Of a DNA stretch of 64,000 nucleotides, positions 26,282-38,775 are shown in pieces. Made by a program: the position numbers and the translations under genes. This DNA is from Phoronis australis. Taxonomy: Eukaryota > Animalia > Phoronida. The stretch covers positions 764,803-828,802 of the forward strand of contig NMRA01000020.1 in NCBI GenBank assembly GCA_002633005.1, written 5' to 3'. A model generated the notes under the pieces. That model was not told the DNA's origin and ran no database searches. It saw only the letters and a program-made list of their open reading frames with translations. Position 1 is the first letter of the stretch; every line of letters begins with the position of its first letter.

Positions 26282-28089
26282 TAGGTGTCGCTAGTGGATA
26301 ATGACGTCATTGCTTCTGTAAGAGCACAGATTTCGCCCATGTACTATATATAGTCCATGGTTCCAATCACTAAAAATCCTGATTACTGAATCTAAAGCGC
26401 CTCATTCTGCCTAGCAGGAAACAACATCTGGGGGAAGGCCGGGATACCACAGCTGCAGCGACTAACTTGCGGCTTTAACTTTGAGAAGACTGAATGGGAC
26501 TCTCTGACCTTGTGCCGAATGAAGACTGTAAGGGGCAGGGTACTCTAGTTTCTACTCGGCCGTGCGCGTGGTTTAGTTGCCGCGGGTAAGGTTGAGTTGC
26601 ATCGGCTTCAATCGCACTTTGAAACGATGCAATGTTGACATGGATTTGGTGAATGTGCCGTTGTCGATAATTTATCAATATTTCTACTTCATATTCTTTT
26701 CAAAATGCAAAGATGTACTCTGTACGTTCAAGGACAACTTGGCCAGAACCAAGGAATCGTTCCTGAACTAATGCGCAAGGTCATGGAAATAAATAGTCAA
26801 GGGCTTTCCCATTTTGGTCGAAGTCATTAAGAACACCTCAGAAATTTTAGTACTCTCGTATTATCCAAGGGAGGTGTTTCATATTTGGTCGTGTCCAGTA
26901 TTTAATCAGAACAGCAAATGGATTTCGTCAACAGACGGTTAAAAACATGGCTATCCGGCTACCATGTTGTTTTTCAAGGCGTGCGCTGTGTTATTCTGAA
27001 TATGTCGTCCCTCTGTACTGCTATTTTACGTTTTAATATGTTGTCACGGGAATATGCCGGCGCATTCGCCGGCACTTTCCATTTTGATAGTAAATGACTT
27101 TTTGCAGATCTGAAACACATTGGGACAATGAAATAACGGAGGTGTTTCGTGTAGGCCGAGGCACACAACTGTGTTTAAAAAGGCTTGTAGCTTGATCAGA
27201 GAAAAGAGGAACATATTATCACATGTTACATATAAATTAAATTGATATGTGTTTTCAAGTAGTATGCACTAGAATAACCCCTTGAATTTGGGTATCAAAG
27301 CTGAGTCTGAACCCAGAAACCAAGCTCAACGATTTGTATTCGCGTCACTGTGGCATTCATGCTACCTGAACACCATGACTTACTGAAGCCCGAACGTAGT
27401 TCCTTGTTTTCGGCTCACGGAAATGCAAACTCAGTGCATTTCAACTCACAAGCTCGTACATTGTATCTGCACTCACAAAACACGGCCTAGGCGCTCAAAG
27501 TAATTTAAAACATGACTCACGCCCACTGTAAAAGAAGGCTCATAGACTAAAAACACGGTTCTGGCACGCATAGTAAGCACGGCGATTGTACATGTAGGTG
27601 GATGTGAGCACGTAACCGGTGTTTTAAGTAAGCGGACAGGAGATTGTGAGTTAGTGAACTAAGTTTACAGGCCTGTAATGGAGGAACTACATCTTCATGA
27701 GCCGAGTAGACAGGCGTTGCAGCTTACTAAATTTTCAGGGATTCAGGAACAGTTAAATTCGATACACTGACTACGTGTAGTCTATGAACATTACTATTGT
27801 TCTCCTCTTACTTGCATGACACCCAGATTTCTTCTGGCCTTTCATTTGTGTTGTTCACTTCCACGGAAATCGTTGGATTGGCGTCGACAACATCTCCGGC
27901 AGAAAGAATTTGAAGAGCGGGATCATACATCCAAAGGACGGAAAGAACGTTTGCAGTTACGCCGTTATCCGCTTCAGCAGTTGCAATCACAGATACCTGA
28001 TAAAAATAGCCAGTATGACAGGGTGGATTCGGCTAGGGTACCAGAGGACCTGTTTTACATACAATATATTGTCGCTTTGGACACATGCA

Positions 28090-29358
28090 ACTAATTTCAC
28101 AAAGGTGGTTTAAAACTGGGTCTGAGACCGGGTGTAAAGATAATCCGCATTTCATAAAGGTAGTTTAACTTTTAGATCAGTGGTCTAGTTTAACTCACGT
28201 TTAGACCTGGTTAGTTTTCATTTCACCAACAAGGTCTATGTTCCTTAGACCTGTATTAAGATCTTAAAACAGGTTTAACTTTAGACTTTTTTAGACTCAG
28301 GTTTCATACTGTTAAATATGGCAAACTTGCACCGTATATGCATACTCAACCGTACAGCTGAATGACGTCACGGTGTGTATCACCGACGTAGTTTTACAGC
28401 GAGAATGGATTATTTTCAATTTTCGGTTTTACGACGACACAAGATCAAACGTAGGAGGTCAGAACGTGTTGCAGGGTGTCCTTCGAACTTCTCAGAATAC
28501 GTCTGAGCAAGCAGGGCATCATCGTCGTAAGCGTTACGGGCGCGACTGAAGACGGCATCTTCTGAATTCTTCTGACTGAGTTCCATCTCTATTGTTGCCT
28601 GATATAAGGTTTCCGGGCAGGGGTCCTGCCCAGCCCCTGGCCGCAAAAATAAGCAGTAAGAATGACACGGAAATAATTTTCGGCATTTATTTACTATGTT
28701 GCGGCTAATCATGGGCATGTACTTTAATGAGTGTACGTGTGTTAGGCACAGATGTCACAAAATGAAAAATGTCCCCTCATGATATCCTAGATCTGCAACT
28801 GGGTCCCTCAAAATTTTCACTGATGAAATTTCCTCCCTGGCCATCGTTGTTTGAGAATTGCCCTTTAGGTGTTTGTTACTGCATTTCTCCGATTGCGGGA
28901 ACTGTACAGCCAGTCTGGACCAAGATCTCTCCAAGTCTGCTGCTTACGTTGACTTGATTTAGCGCCAGTTTTATTGTTCTGTATAACATTGGTTTTTTCT
29001 CTGATCATTTCTAAGAGGGAACATTTTTCCTCATGAGAAAAGTTTTCAGACCTTTTTCACAATATCTGCACTTATTCTACTACTGTGTGCCATTGTTTAC
29101 CCATATGATCAAGGTTTCATTGAAGCACTTCAATAGAGTTTCTTTGTTCTGTTAACCCAGATCGACATAATAGGGTGGTTTGGATACTTTAAATTTGGTT
29201 TTAGTATACCCGCTCCCTGGTATACAACAAAACCAGGTTTTCAGATTTTCAAACCACGTTGGTGAAATGCAAGTTTGGTCTAAAATTAAACCAAGTTTGG
29301 GAAGACAAAATTTTAGTCTTAAACCTGGTTTTATTAAACCACTTTCATGAAATCGGCT
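28090..29358 (-). mobile_element. PIF/Harbinger element remnant carrying a Myb/SANT-like gene fragment
   Basis: Termini ATTTCA(C/T)AAAGGT.GTTTAA and TTAAACCACTTTCATGAAATCGGC, with AAACC(A/T)GGTTT subterminal repeats. Internal Myb-like fragment. Confidence 0.65.
28918..29058 (-). pseudogene. Myb/SANT-like DNA-binding domain (MSANTD3/4-type, the second Harbinger protein)
   Basis: Manual translation gives KRSENFSHEEKCSLLEMIREKTNVIQNNKTGAKSSQRKQQTWRDLG, matching the KRxxNFSxxEKxxLLxLI...K...W pattern. Confidence 0.75.
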
Positions 29359-31744
29359 GATATTGGCGTTTAAGCACTGAATCACGGGTATTTGCAGCAG
29401 TACAGCGGTAGTGGTGTAGCGCCGAACTGCATCACCAGTGAGTTCCCGAGACATACATGTAGGGGTACAGCACTGTTACAAAGGGTATACTTTTTTATTT
29501 GAGGCGGGTGTCATTCCGATGACCGTCGATAAACTACATGTAGCTAGGAGCAGTGAGCAATCACGCCTGCCCATTTTACAGTGAGTGCGATGAATTTTTA
29601 AACTTTCCTTTAACATTTGAGGGACCACGTCTATTATTTTATCTCAAAGCTTCAGTGATAAGTTGTTGTCAGTATCTCTTAATTTGCCAAAACCTGTTTT
29701 AGTAACCTTTGCGTACCTTGCTGATGATTTAAGGGTTATATGAAAAGTGCAAAATATTTATAAAACAAAAACGCAATTTACTGGACGAATCATTTTATAT
29801 AAATGTGCATTTCATAAAAAGACACAAACGACTCCAGGTAATCAAGTCTGCTGAACACATGAAAACACAATGATTGGGGGACAACAATTCTAGCATATGA
29901 GAAAGTCCTACGCAAATGTTTCTTCACCCATCAATTGTGACACAAAGTAATTGTCATTTTTTATCAAATATTTAATGCACGAAGTTTTATGCGCAGATTA
30001 TTAAGTAAATGTTCCATTTAGATGTTATCATGTAAAGTAACGTGCAGCTATAAGTTTGTCCAACCTAAATCATCAAAATTAAAAGTAGCTGTCAAATCAA
30101 GTTCACTTGTTTTAGAACCCCTCTATATGGTTAGCTTTGCACAGCATAGATAAGTTCAATATTACTGAAATGAATAGAATTCGTAAATTACAGTATGGCA
30201 TGTTTGGATTATAATGGGTGGAAGAAAGTGCCAATCTGATGCCGTTATTTTGCTCCACCACCATCACCAGAAATGCAAAATGAAATTTATTTTATGTTTG
30301 CTTTTCAAAACAATGTTACATCTAAATAAGTTCACTCAGAAGTACGATTTGTCTAAAATTGCTTAGAATAAAATCTGTTGCATGAAGTTCTTAGCTAAAA
30401 TGTTGCAGAAAAATGTTTTTAAGGTTGGTAAAACAGTTCACTTCAAAGTTTTGAGGCACACATGTACACCAGGCAGTAATTACTTACCGCCAACACAACA
30501 GCTAGCAAAACATTCATGTTTGCGACGAGATCCGGGAGTCACTCTTCAACAACACGGGCAAACTTGTAATTTATAGGTCAAAGTGTGGCGTTCTGCCAAA
30601 ACCACCACACCGCTTCTACCTGTACATTAAAATTTCAATAGTGCACAATCGATTTTGTTTAGCGCAAGACCATCTGTTTCAGCAGCCACATCACCATCGC
30701 CACCTCCATCTCAGTGGTCATCACTAATTAAAACTCACCATCACCACAGACACAGCAGAAGCGCTACTAGAGCCATAAATCGTCATATCATAGTTGAGCA
30801 CCCTATGGATATTACTGTTATAAGTAGCAACTACATGTAGATAGGAAGACTAAACACGTTGGTGTTAGGAACTGTCAGCTGGAGTTCTGTCTTTATACAA
30901 TTGTTTTTCACTATCCATGTCGGTCTGCTAGTGTAGTGTATTATGATTTGTCTATTTGTGCACGAGTTACTTCTGCTTCTTCAAACAGGTCCGCAGTTCA
31001 AAGAGTTAGATAGTAAAAGCCAGTCCTTTGTGCTTGAGTGAATGGATGACGGCAGTTGCTTCAGGTAACAATTGCTGGAGTGCACATGCATGTGTATATG
31101 AAAGTCAACACTGGACAGGGATGCCGCCTGGGTAGGAATCCATCTCAGGGTGATGAGATTATACTGGTCTTGATATTTTGAACATGGTTTTCTCATCGTC
31201 TGCAGTACAATAGTTTGGAGTTCCGTTCTCTTTGGGATTACCAGGTCGATTTCCCTCATACGCTCCGTGTTTAAATAAATATACTATCCAAGATTAAGCA
31301 AGCTCCGATAATTGTGTTGTTTGTAGATGATCATAGAAATAGTTTAACCAGCCTCCCGTTCAGTAACACTAGGATGTCGCGAGATCACGTGAAATATTGC
31401 GGTGTATTTTGAATGAGAACACGTGACATTGGCTAGATTTTAGCTAGGTCCTAGCGCACGTCCTAAAGTTACTGAAAGCACTGCAGATCAGTCGGGATTT
31501 TAATCTGGTCAAGCACATTGTCATCAGGGTCAGTCTATGCAGTGTTAGATATGCTGCTAACTACAGACAAACTGTTGAACTCATATCTGTTTTCAGCATC
31601 TGGCTCTTCATATCCTATAACATTATTATGTCCTGTTTTTCTTCATCAGGAGCATCCTTCCTAGAAGATTCATTTGAATTCAGACTCTTGTTATTAGATG
31701 TTTTACCAGTCTCTATAAAAGACTGTTATCTTCATCAGTGTCAT

Positions 31745-32205
31745 AATCCTGGAGAATAGGTTGGTCACTGGTCTCTAGAGGCATTACAGTATAAGATGAT
31801 CACTTACTTAGAGATGTGGTAGGTTGGTTGCAGACGTTTCGACCTGGTCCGACAGGTCTTTATACAGGAATGAGGGATTTCCCGCCTTTCTCTGCTTAAG
31901 AATGCTTGAATACATGGGAGGTAAGTGGAGACCTCGGTCCCGGTTCAAGAAGGGGCGCTGAATGCTGATGTTTATGGACTCTTTTAGCTTGCGAGCATAC
32001 CAGTTCTTTGGCTAGGATCCTGGATGACGCAAGAGAAATGGAATGTCCAGTCGCCAATATGTGTTCCCCACAGCTATTTGTCTGTCCTGACAGATATTTA
32101 AATTCCAGTTTCCTGTCATGTTTGAGGACACAGACGTCTGTGGATTTCAGACTAGACTTCTCTGAGTTAAACGGGTTTCCACAGCACTCAACCGTCTCTC
32201 TCCCC
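31745..32205 (-). mobile_element. Penelope-like element 3' end (GIY-YIG C-terminus and 3' UTR)
   Basis: AVGEHILATGHSISLASSRILAKE / WYARKLKESINISIQRPFLNRDRGLHLPPMY, followed by a hammerhead-like motif. Confidence 0.82.
31833..31867 (-). ncRNA. Minimal hammerhead-like motif of the PLE
   Basis: CTGTATAAA-GACCTG-TCGGAC-CAGGTC-GAAAC-GTC: a perfect 6-bp stem II and GAAACGTC, with an altered CTGAnGA box. Confidence 0.55.
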
Positions 32206-33590
32206 TCGGTTCATGTCTTTTTGGTGTGCCTATGGCAGCAATGGTAGGTGAACTGTTGCAGAAGCCATTGCAGCCACATTCAATAGGAAAGTAGTGAGAG
32301 CGCCATCTTCGGTTTTCACATTCTTCCACCAGGTTGTAAGCATTAGAAAGGTTCTCCTCAATTGGTACAGTTAGCTCTGTGATGATAACTTTCATTGTCT
32401 TTCTGAAATGTTGTTTCTTAGATTTGAAGAGAGAATTCAGCTTGGTTGAACTCTTTATCCATTCGTTTGATGTTGACGAGACGTTTGTCTTCGGGTCTTT
32501 CAACGTGTCTATTCTAGGGTATATGTATAGCCTACCATTGGCACTTCTAAACTGAAGCGCTTTGGTGAAGTGATAGTGGACCACCAACACATCATCAGAT
32601 TTGTTGTTCGCATCTTTAATGTATAGAAGTAGATCAGAAGTAGGCCTAATCGCCTTGAGAGCTTAGCCATGTCGCCAATTGAAGCGTATCTGCAGCCATT
32701 GAGTATGTAGAATAGCGTACAGCTGTAATGATACCATCGTGCCAACAGTTGTCTTCACCCAGAGTCGTTGGTTGGCCGTTAACGACAAAAAGTCATGGAT
32801 GGCGTTGATGTGTGCAATGACAGAAGTTCAAGTGATCGTGTACACTTATAAAGTAGTTTGTTCCAATATGTAATGTCTGTACCCTATTTGAGGAATTGTC
32901 CTTGTTTATCGCATGAGTATTGATATACTATCACGTCGTCTTCATCTATTTTTGACGAGGTTGGTTGGATATCTTCTGTGCTCTGATGGGAGCATTGACT
33001 TGACGGGATTTCGATTTTGATGAAACCCTAGGCGGGTTCGGTCATGACTTCTACACATGTCTCTGATTAGAAGGTGAAGTTCTTTCTCTGCAGGTTCCTT
33101 TATACGATTCCACCTGTGTAGGTTGTTCTGGTAGACGGCTTTTGTGCTGTGACCAGTCGGCCGTTTAATAAGGCGCACTTGGTAACGTGCAAATATTTCA
33201 CAGATATAGAGTACCTTTTCTTTTGCTGTAGACCAAACTTGTACTTCTGTAGAGGGCGCTAAATGTAGCGCCAGTCCATTTCTTGATGAACTTCATTCAG
33301 ATTGCTTCAAGGCTCTCAACAAACGTTACCGGGAAGTTGTAGATGTGATAAATTCCCAGTTGACTCTAAGCATGCCTTTATTGTAGATCCACAGTTTCAT
33401 TATCCCGCTAAGAGTGCATTTACCAGTTGTACTCAATTTGTCAATCAGCTTTCTTGAGACCGTAAGTTGAATGTCATCTTTCTTCAAATCTCTATAGAAA
33501 CGTTTGCCCAAGAACTTCATAGGTTCACAGCGAATAGCAGGCATTTCTTGTCCACCGATCTTAAGGTTAACTCCAACCTTATTCACAAAA
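32205..33590 (-). mobile_element. RLE-type non-LTR retrotransposon (HERO/NeSL-like), decayed
   Basis: IGGQEMPAIRCEPMKFLGKRF...LSGIMKLWIY (RT thumb), RTRLGF, and ELTVPIEENL...LVEECENRRW...FPIECGCNGF (restriction-like endonuclease tail). Confidence 0.82.
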
Positions 33591-33959
33591 AATGGCCATT
33601 TTTACAATAGTTCACGTGTAGTAAAATACCTTATCTTCATTTTCGGGGAACTTCAAAGACAAAATATATATACTGCGTAGCGAGAAAAAAAGGTTTAACA
33701 GAACCACCTTGGAACTGCACAACCGTTTGTTTACTACTTATCCGAGGTCAAAGGTTAAAGGACTTTCAATCAAATCGAATCTCTCGCCAGGTACAGAACA
33801 GCTTCGTATACCCTCAGTCCTTTCATTCACAAAATCGCCATAACATCGAGTAAACGAGGTGTACTTATGGTAGAAAGGTGCCGGGGAAAACAAAGACAAA
33901 ACGTAGTTTTGATCTAAGGTAGTTGTGCGTCTACATGCATACGACCGTTGGCGTTGAGA

Positions 33960-35310
33960 ACGGATGCTACTGTCGCCTCAGGCCTCTGTGGTTATGAACA
34001 CAGCAAATTGTGAAAAGAGATAAATAAAGATGTGCAGGACTACTTACAAACGCTGTCAGCCGGATACCCAACCCTAACTCCGGGTGCCAAACCGGATGTG
34101 GAGGTACGATTGCCCAGGGCTGGAAAAGGTGCCGGTGTTGTCTCACCCCGTGTCGTGGCGGGAAGAAATGATTATAGATAACAAAAGTGATAAAGAACAA
34201 GAATATGATACAACAAACTAAAAGGTCAGGTAGAACTTGAAAAATAGTAAAAACCGAGAAACATAATAAACATGGAAGGAGCGATACGGAAACGCAAATG
34301 AAACGGAAGAGAAATTAAAAAATGAAAGACAATGAAAAATAAAATCAAAACGGCTAACGGAGAAAAACAAAATAGTTAACATAACAGAAATAAAGCTAAC
34401 AACAGTTTACTAAAGGTGGTAGAGCAACAAGGTAAAGATAAATGAACACACAATATAGCCAGAGGTCCAACAAAATGGCTAACACGGAGTAAATACGGAC
34501 TAGTAAGGTAACCGAAGAAATAAAAAATACAAAATAAACAACAAAGGAAACGAACAATGTACGGAAACGAAGGGGACGTTGTGGATGGGAAAGGTGCAGG
34601 CAACACTGACGCCGGTGGGGAGGTAAAGCGTGGTGTGGGGAAGGGAGGTGATGAGGAGATAAAAGAAGAAGGGAGAAACCAGGGATGAGGTGGGGAAAAA
34701 CTGACATGCGGATGTAGTCTTTGACGGCGTCGGAGTTCCAGCGGCACATGCGTTGGATGACGGGCTCTGGGATGCCGAGAGCAGCAGCAGAAGTGGCGGC
34801 GCCGATGCGGAAACTGAGACTTGTAGAGGGAGGGATCAGTTGAGGCAGAGATAAGGACGGCATCGAGAGTGTGGGAGAAGAAGGAACGTGTGACTGGGGA
34901 GGAGTCGGCGAGACGGAATAGGGGGCCGGAAAAATGGAGGGATAAGGCCAGATATGTCCGGAGGTGGGCAACGGGAAAATATGGTGAGGGAGAAGAAGGA
35001 ATGTAAAGGGTAACGGGGGTGGAACGGTGGTGTTTGAAATTACAGAGAGTAGCATTCATGTAGGGGGGGGGGGTTGAAGGGATCGGGAGAAAAATTGGAC
35101 TGAGGAGCGCTGGAGGGTGAGTGATCGAGGGATCGGAGTAAAGGGAAGGTAGCGTAAATTTGCCGATGCGCAGGAAGGCGTGGAACGCGAGGAGGAACAT
35201 GGCCTTTAAGAGGGCGATGTTGAAGGGATTGCGGATGGAAGACGGGATAGAGTCGATGAGGGAGGTGAGGACTTCGCAGGTGATGGGGGATGCGGGAATC
35301 GTAGGACACG
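33960..35310 (-). mobile_element. DIRS/Ngaro-type YR retrotransposon 3' fragment
   Basis: Pyrimidine-rich coding strand containing a YR domain, followed by a T-rich terminal region. Confidence 0.75.
34700..35300 (-). pseudogene. Tyrosine recombinase of a DIRS/Ngaro element (frameshifted)
   Basis: PITCEVL...LLKAMFLLAFHAFLRIG...PVAHLRTYL...GPLF..YKS / SFRIGAATSAA..G.PEPVIQRMCRWNSDAVKDYIR. The frameshift falls at the HSFR motif (about 34815). Confidence 0.9.
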
Positions 35311-36703
35311 TTTGATCACCGGTCATTTGATTTTCATTTGGTCCAGGTGACTGGTTCTGAAGTCCAACTGTTAATTCCCCCTTTATGCTGACCACCTAAC
35401 AGTTGCATGTGGAGATAATCGTGCACTCATTTTCTTTATCACAACGGGGTAGCGTGATTCACGGAGGCAAATTAAAAGTTTTTCACCTGCTGCATGCTGA
35501 GATTAGTGGGGGATCGGGAGTCGCGTGTCACCGTGCGCTACAAGTTGTTTTGATGTACGTGGAATCTGTACACTGGAGCGTAGGCGTCACTTTGTTTGTG
35601 GGTTTCTTAATAAAAACCGATCAATTAAATAAGTACAGGCTGAAAATGGATACCATAGCCCGATTACATAAAAGTTGCACGCAGGATGACAACAATGACG
35701 TCACGTTACCATTGCTGAGCAATGCCTTTGACGTCAGACAAGAATATATGCATAAAACCCAATCAGTGGATAAGCCTTAAGGTTCTGTACATCTTAGGAC
35801 AGGTCGGTTTAATATTAATGTACATATGACGCGCCTGAGAAAATATGTTTGCTACTAGTAACGGTTTTTTTTTCACTGTAGACCTAAGCGTTACTCTAGT
35901 CAGCTGGCTTCTTTGTACCGTGACTGTTGATTGCAAAGGTAGGTAAGCAAACAGTAGGCTAAGCATGAGTTGGGGATGGTGGATAGCAGCGAAAAAGTCA
36001 AGTTACTCTAATTGTGTGACAAATTAATGGTAAATCAAGTGAAGAATTCACTTACTCGTGCGTTTTGCCAGTGTATTGTGGATCAGCGTGACTTCGCTGG
36101 ATATGAACTCTGAAGACTTAACGTGATCATAAGTTTTGGCGAGTTCATGGCGAAGCAGCATGACTTGGTGGGATATGAACTCGTGGAGAATTTACATGAT
36201 CATGTGTTTTCGCGAGTGCATTGCGGAGAATGGAATGCCAATTTCGATATCGTGCAGGTGAGGTTGAACTGCGCATGCGTGAGACTCGTGCATTTGTTTG
36301 TTCTGTGTTTTTCTAACTATGGAGCACAGGGTTTGGGTGCAACATTTGTTTAGTACAGTCAAAGTAAGTTTAGTTTTTTTATGACCACAAACTTTTGCCG
36401 AATACATTTCATTTATACATGTACCTTTGGGGTATTTTGCGGTATAATGGCCCCAAACATTGTCAATAGGAGTTTCTGCATTCATGCGATTTGGTAAGCT
36501 GTTCGTGGGCACTGCTGGTGCCCGCAAGGGCTGCAATGATTAAAAAAATATCGATTCGATACCATTCCATTATTTTTGTTCACGATCCGATTTTTACGGT
36601 TCGATTAATAAAGAAATAAAATGAAGCATACATCTCTTAATATTTCTACTCACGCATTCCAGAATCTCCATCCAATGATACAATTAAAGGAAAACACATA
36701 CAT

Positions 36704-36867
36704 ATAGATTATTACATGGCGAAATCGTTATCCCCCGTTATCTAGAGCCCGAGTGGATTTTGAAGAATTATCGCCGGAGGGACGTTAGCCCCGAGGGTGA
36801 TAATTCTGAAAAATCCACGAGGGCTCTAGATAAGGGGGATAACGACTGAGAACATGTAATAATCTAT
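36704..36867. repeat. ~165-bp imperfect hairpin
   Basis: ATAGATTATTACATG..TCGTTATCCCC.TTATCTAGAGCCC..GTGGATTTT pairs with AAAATCCAC..GGGCTCTAGATAAGGGGGATAACGA..CATGTAATAATCTAT. Confidence 0.9.
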
Positions 36868-37527
36868 TTATACCACATACTGAACGAGAAACATTGCAAT
36901 GAATCGATCTACCGTTTTCGACTCGCCTCGGCTTTGTAACTACTTTCTATGTCAGAGGCCCGGGGTCGGAGGTCGTGACCTTTTAAGAAAAGCAGTACAA
37001 CGGAAACAAAATAATATTTTCGGCTTTGAAACACTGTTCAAAATCTTAAAATAGTAGAACTGTTGGTATCGTGAACACTCTTAGCAATGCTACTACCACC
37101 CGACTACACAACTGCCGACCAAGATTAGCAGGCGACGTACGTGCCGGAAATAATGCTAGATAATTGGGCCAGGTGTCGCTAGTGAATAATGACGTAACGT
37201 TATGCCGAGGAGCACAGATTTCGTCCATTGAAAGTATACGGAGTTGGCGGTCCATGTACTATATAGTCTGTGGTGAGTCAAGCATGGCCAGCTTCAAAGA
37301 AAGGTAAAAGGGAATGGAGTCATTTTTACAAGTCGAAAAAAACACCTAGTTTGAGCTCCAGTGAGACCAGCCTTAACTTAGACTACAGTTGTTATTTAAA
37401 CCAACTGAAATCGCCATATATGGTTTTATGGATATGTCAAGGCCTCGGAGGTATAACTCTACTAGGAGGTGCCAGTTGAGATAGCTTTGAATATGCTTTT
37501 TATAGTTGGAATCTTCAGGAATGTTTG

Positions 37528-38775
37528 TGTTATGCTTCAAAAACACTGGTTTGTCCACATTGGCAGAAGACAAAGATGCCCCCAGCAATAGTCGGATATA
37601 ACGTGTCTGTATTTTGTGAACCAGTTTGATGCCCGTTCTTCAGTGGAGAAAACTGGTTCTCAAAATTCGGCACGTAATATCCGACCATTAAATACCGATG
37701 CCCTCTGTGCCCTGATCATGTCTCCAGAGGTAGAGGACATTCGTTCGCTCTCTAAACTTCTGGCCGGAAAACCCAACATCCTCCTAACATATTTGGTCAG
37801 CAGTAGGCAGCTACTACCCGTCTCTTTCTACCACAATAGTGGATTGGAATCTAAATTAGCACTATCATCTGCCCTATATGGTGATAATTCTTACATCAGC
37901 CTGTCATGCACTGATTTCCCTGGCACAAATATCCGTCACCAACATGTCCATCCGAAGAGTGCGAGTCTGGTTTCTGGCTTTTTGAGCTTGCATGGAGTCT
38001 CACTGATTGGAAACTGTTCATCACCAGGACCCTCCTTTTCCGTTGTAGCCACCTGAATTCAAATAAAACAAAATTAGAATTGTTGTATAAAAAGTAAATC
38101 AGCACTCTTACTAGCTTCTGTATAATAAATAACTAGTTTCTGTCTTCACGAGTTGTGTCTTTGTTCCCTTACTTTTGAAGTCTGTTTTAAACTACCGGTA
38201 TAAATAAATCCAAGTAATTGCATGTTACCCATGTAAGTGATATAATTGTTAACCAAAATCTCTTGTGGTCAGTGTTACCCGGGGTACTCCTTTTTTGATG
38301 ATGAGATGCATCTTAAAAATTAGGATACCCATTCATTTAAACAGTGAACATAAGAAAATGGCTCTTTTCCAGAGAGTGCCACCTGTCATATACCTGTTCT
38401 ATTATATGATTTCGATGGGGTGCCCCCATGTTGAATTCAGTACTAAAATGAATTTGAAATTATTCACGTCTACATTTACTTGTAACAGAACGTGTTATTT
38501 TGGTGCTCTTAGCGATGAAAGTTTTAATCCCATGTCTTTTAGCCTCGGCCCGCTGGTCGTTTCTGTCCTTTTGCCTCTGCACAAGTTGCATCTTCACTGT
38601 CTGCACGAAACTTCTACGCTCTGATGTCGTTGTATATTGCATAAAGTAATACGTTTACCCAGAACTAGAATATACGTTGTCTTTGAAAGAAAATCATTTG
38701 CACTCAGAAGACCAAAATAATTCCAGACTTTCGAATATTTTTTCGGCTAGTCCAAGAATTTGCCGTCTGCTATAT
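37528..38775 (-). pseudogene. hAT transposase remnants (BED finger at about 38.6-38.77 kb; C-terminal dimerization domain at about 37.53-37.89 kb)
   Basis: KYSKVWNYFG (BED start), then ELSPYRADDSANLDSNPLLW*KE...MLGFPARSLESERMSSTSGDMIRAQRAS [insert] LSSANVDKPVFLKHN. Confidence 0.8.
37582..37696. mobile_element. 115-bp palindromic MITE with a 7-bp TSD
   Basis: GATGCCC at 37575-37581 and 37697-37703. Arms AATAGTCGGATATAACGTG / CACGTAATATCCGACCATT and TTTTGTGAACCAGTTT / AAACTGGTTCTCAAAA. It interrupts the hAT reading frame. Confidence 0.8.

Noticed and set aside
28416-28718. 100-aa ORF that looked like an exon or peptide precursor
   Set aside because: It lies inside the Harbinger remnant and has no signal peptide, no clear donor site and no recognisable domain.
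34376-35395. 339-aa ORF as an intact integrase or a prophage gene
   Set aside because: It frameshifts out of the YR domain before HSFR. It is a broken retrotransposon YR with no phage context.
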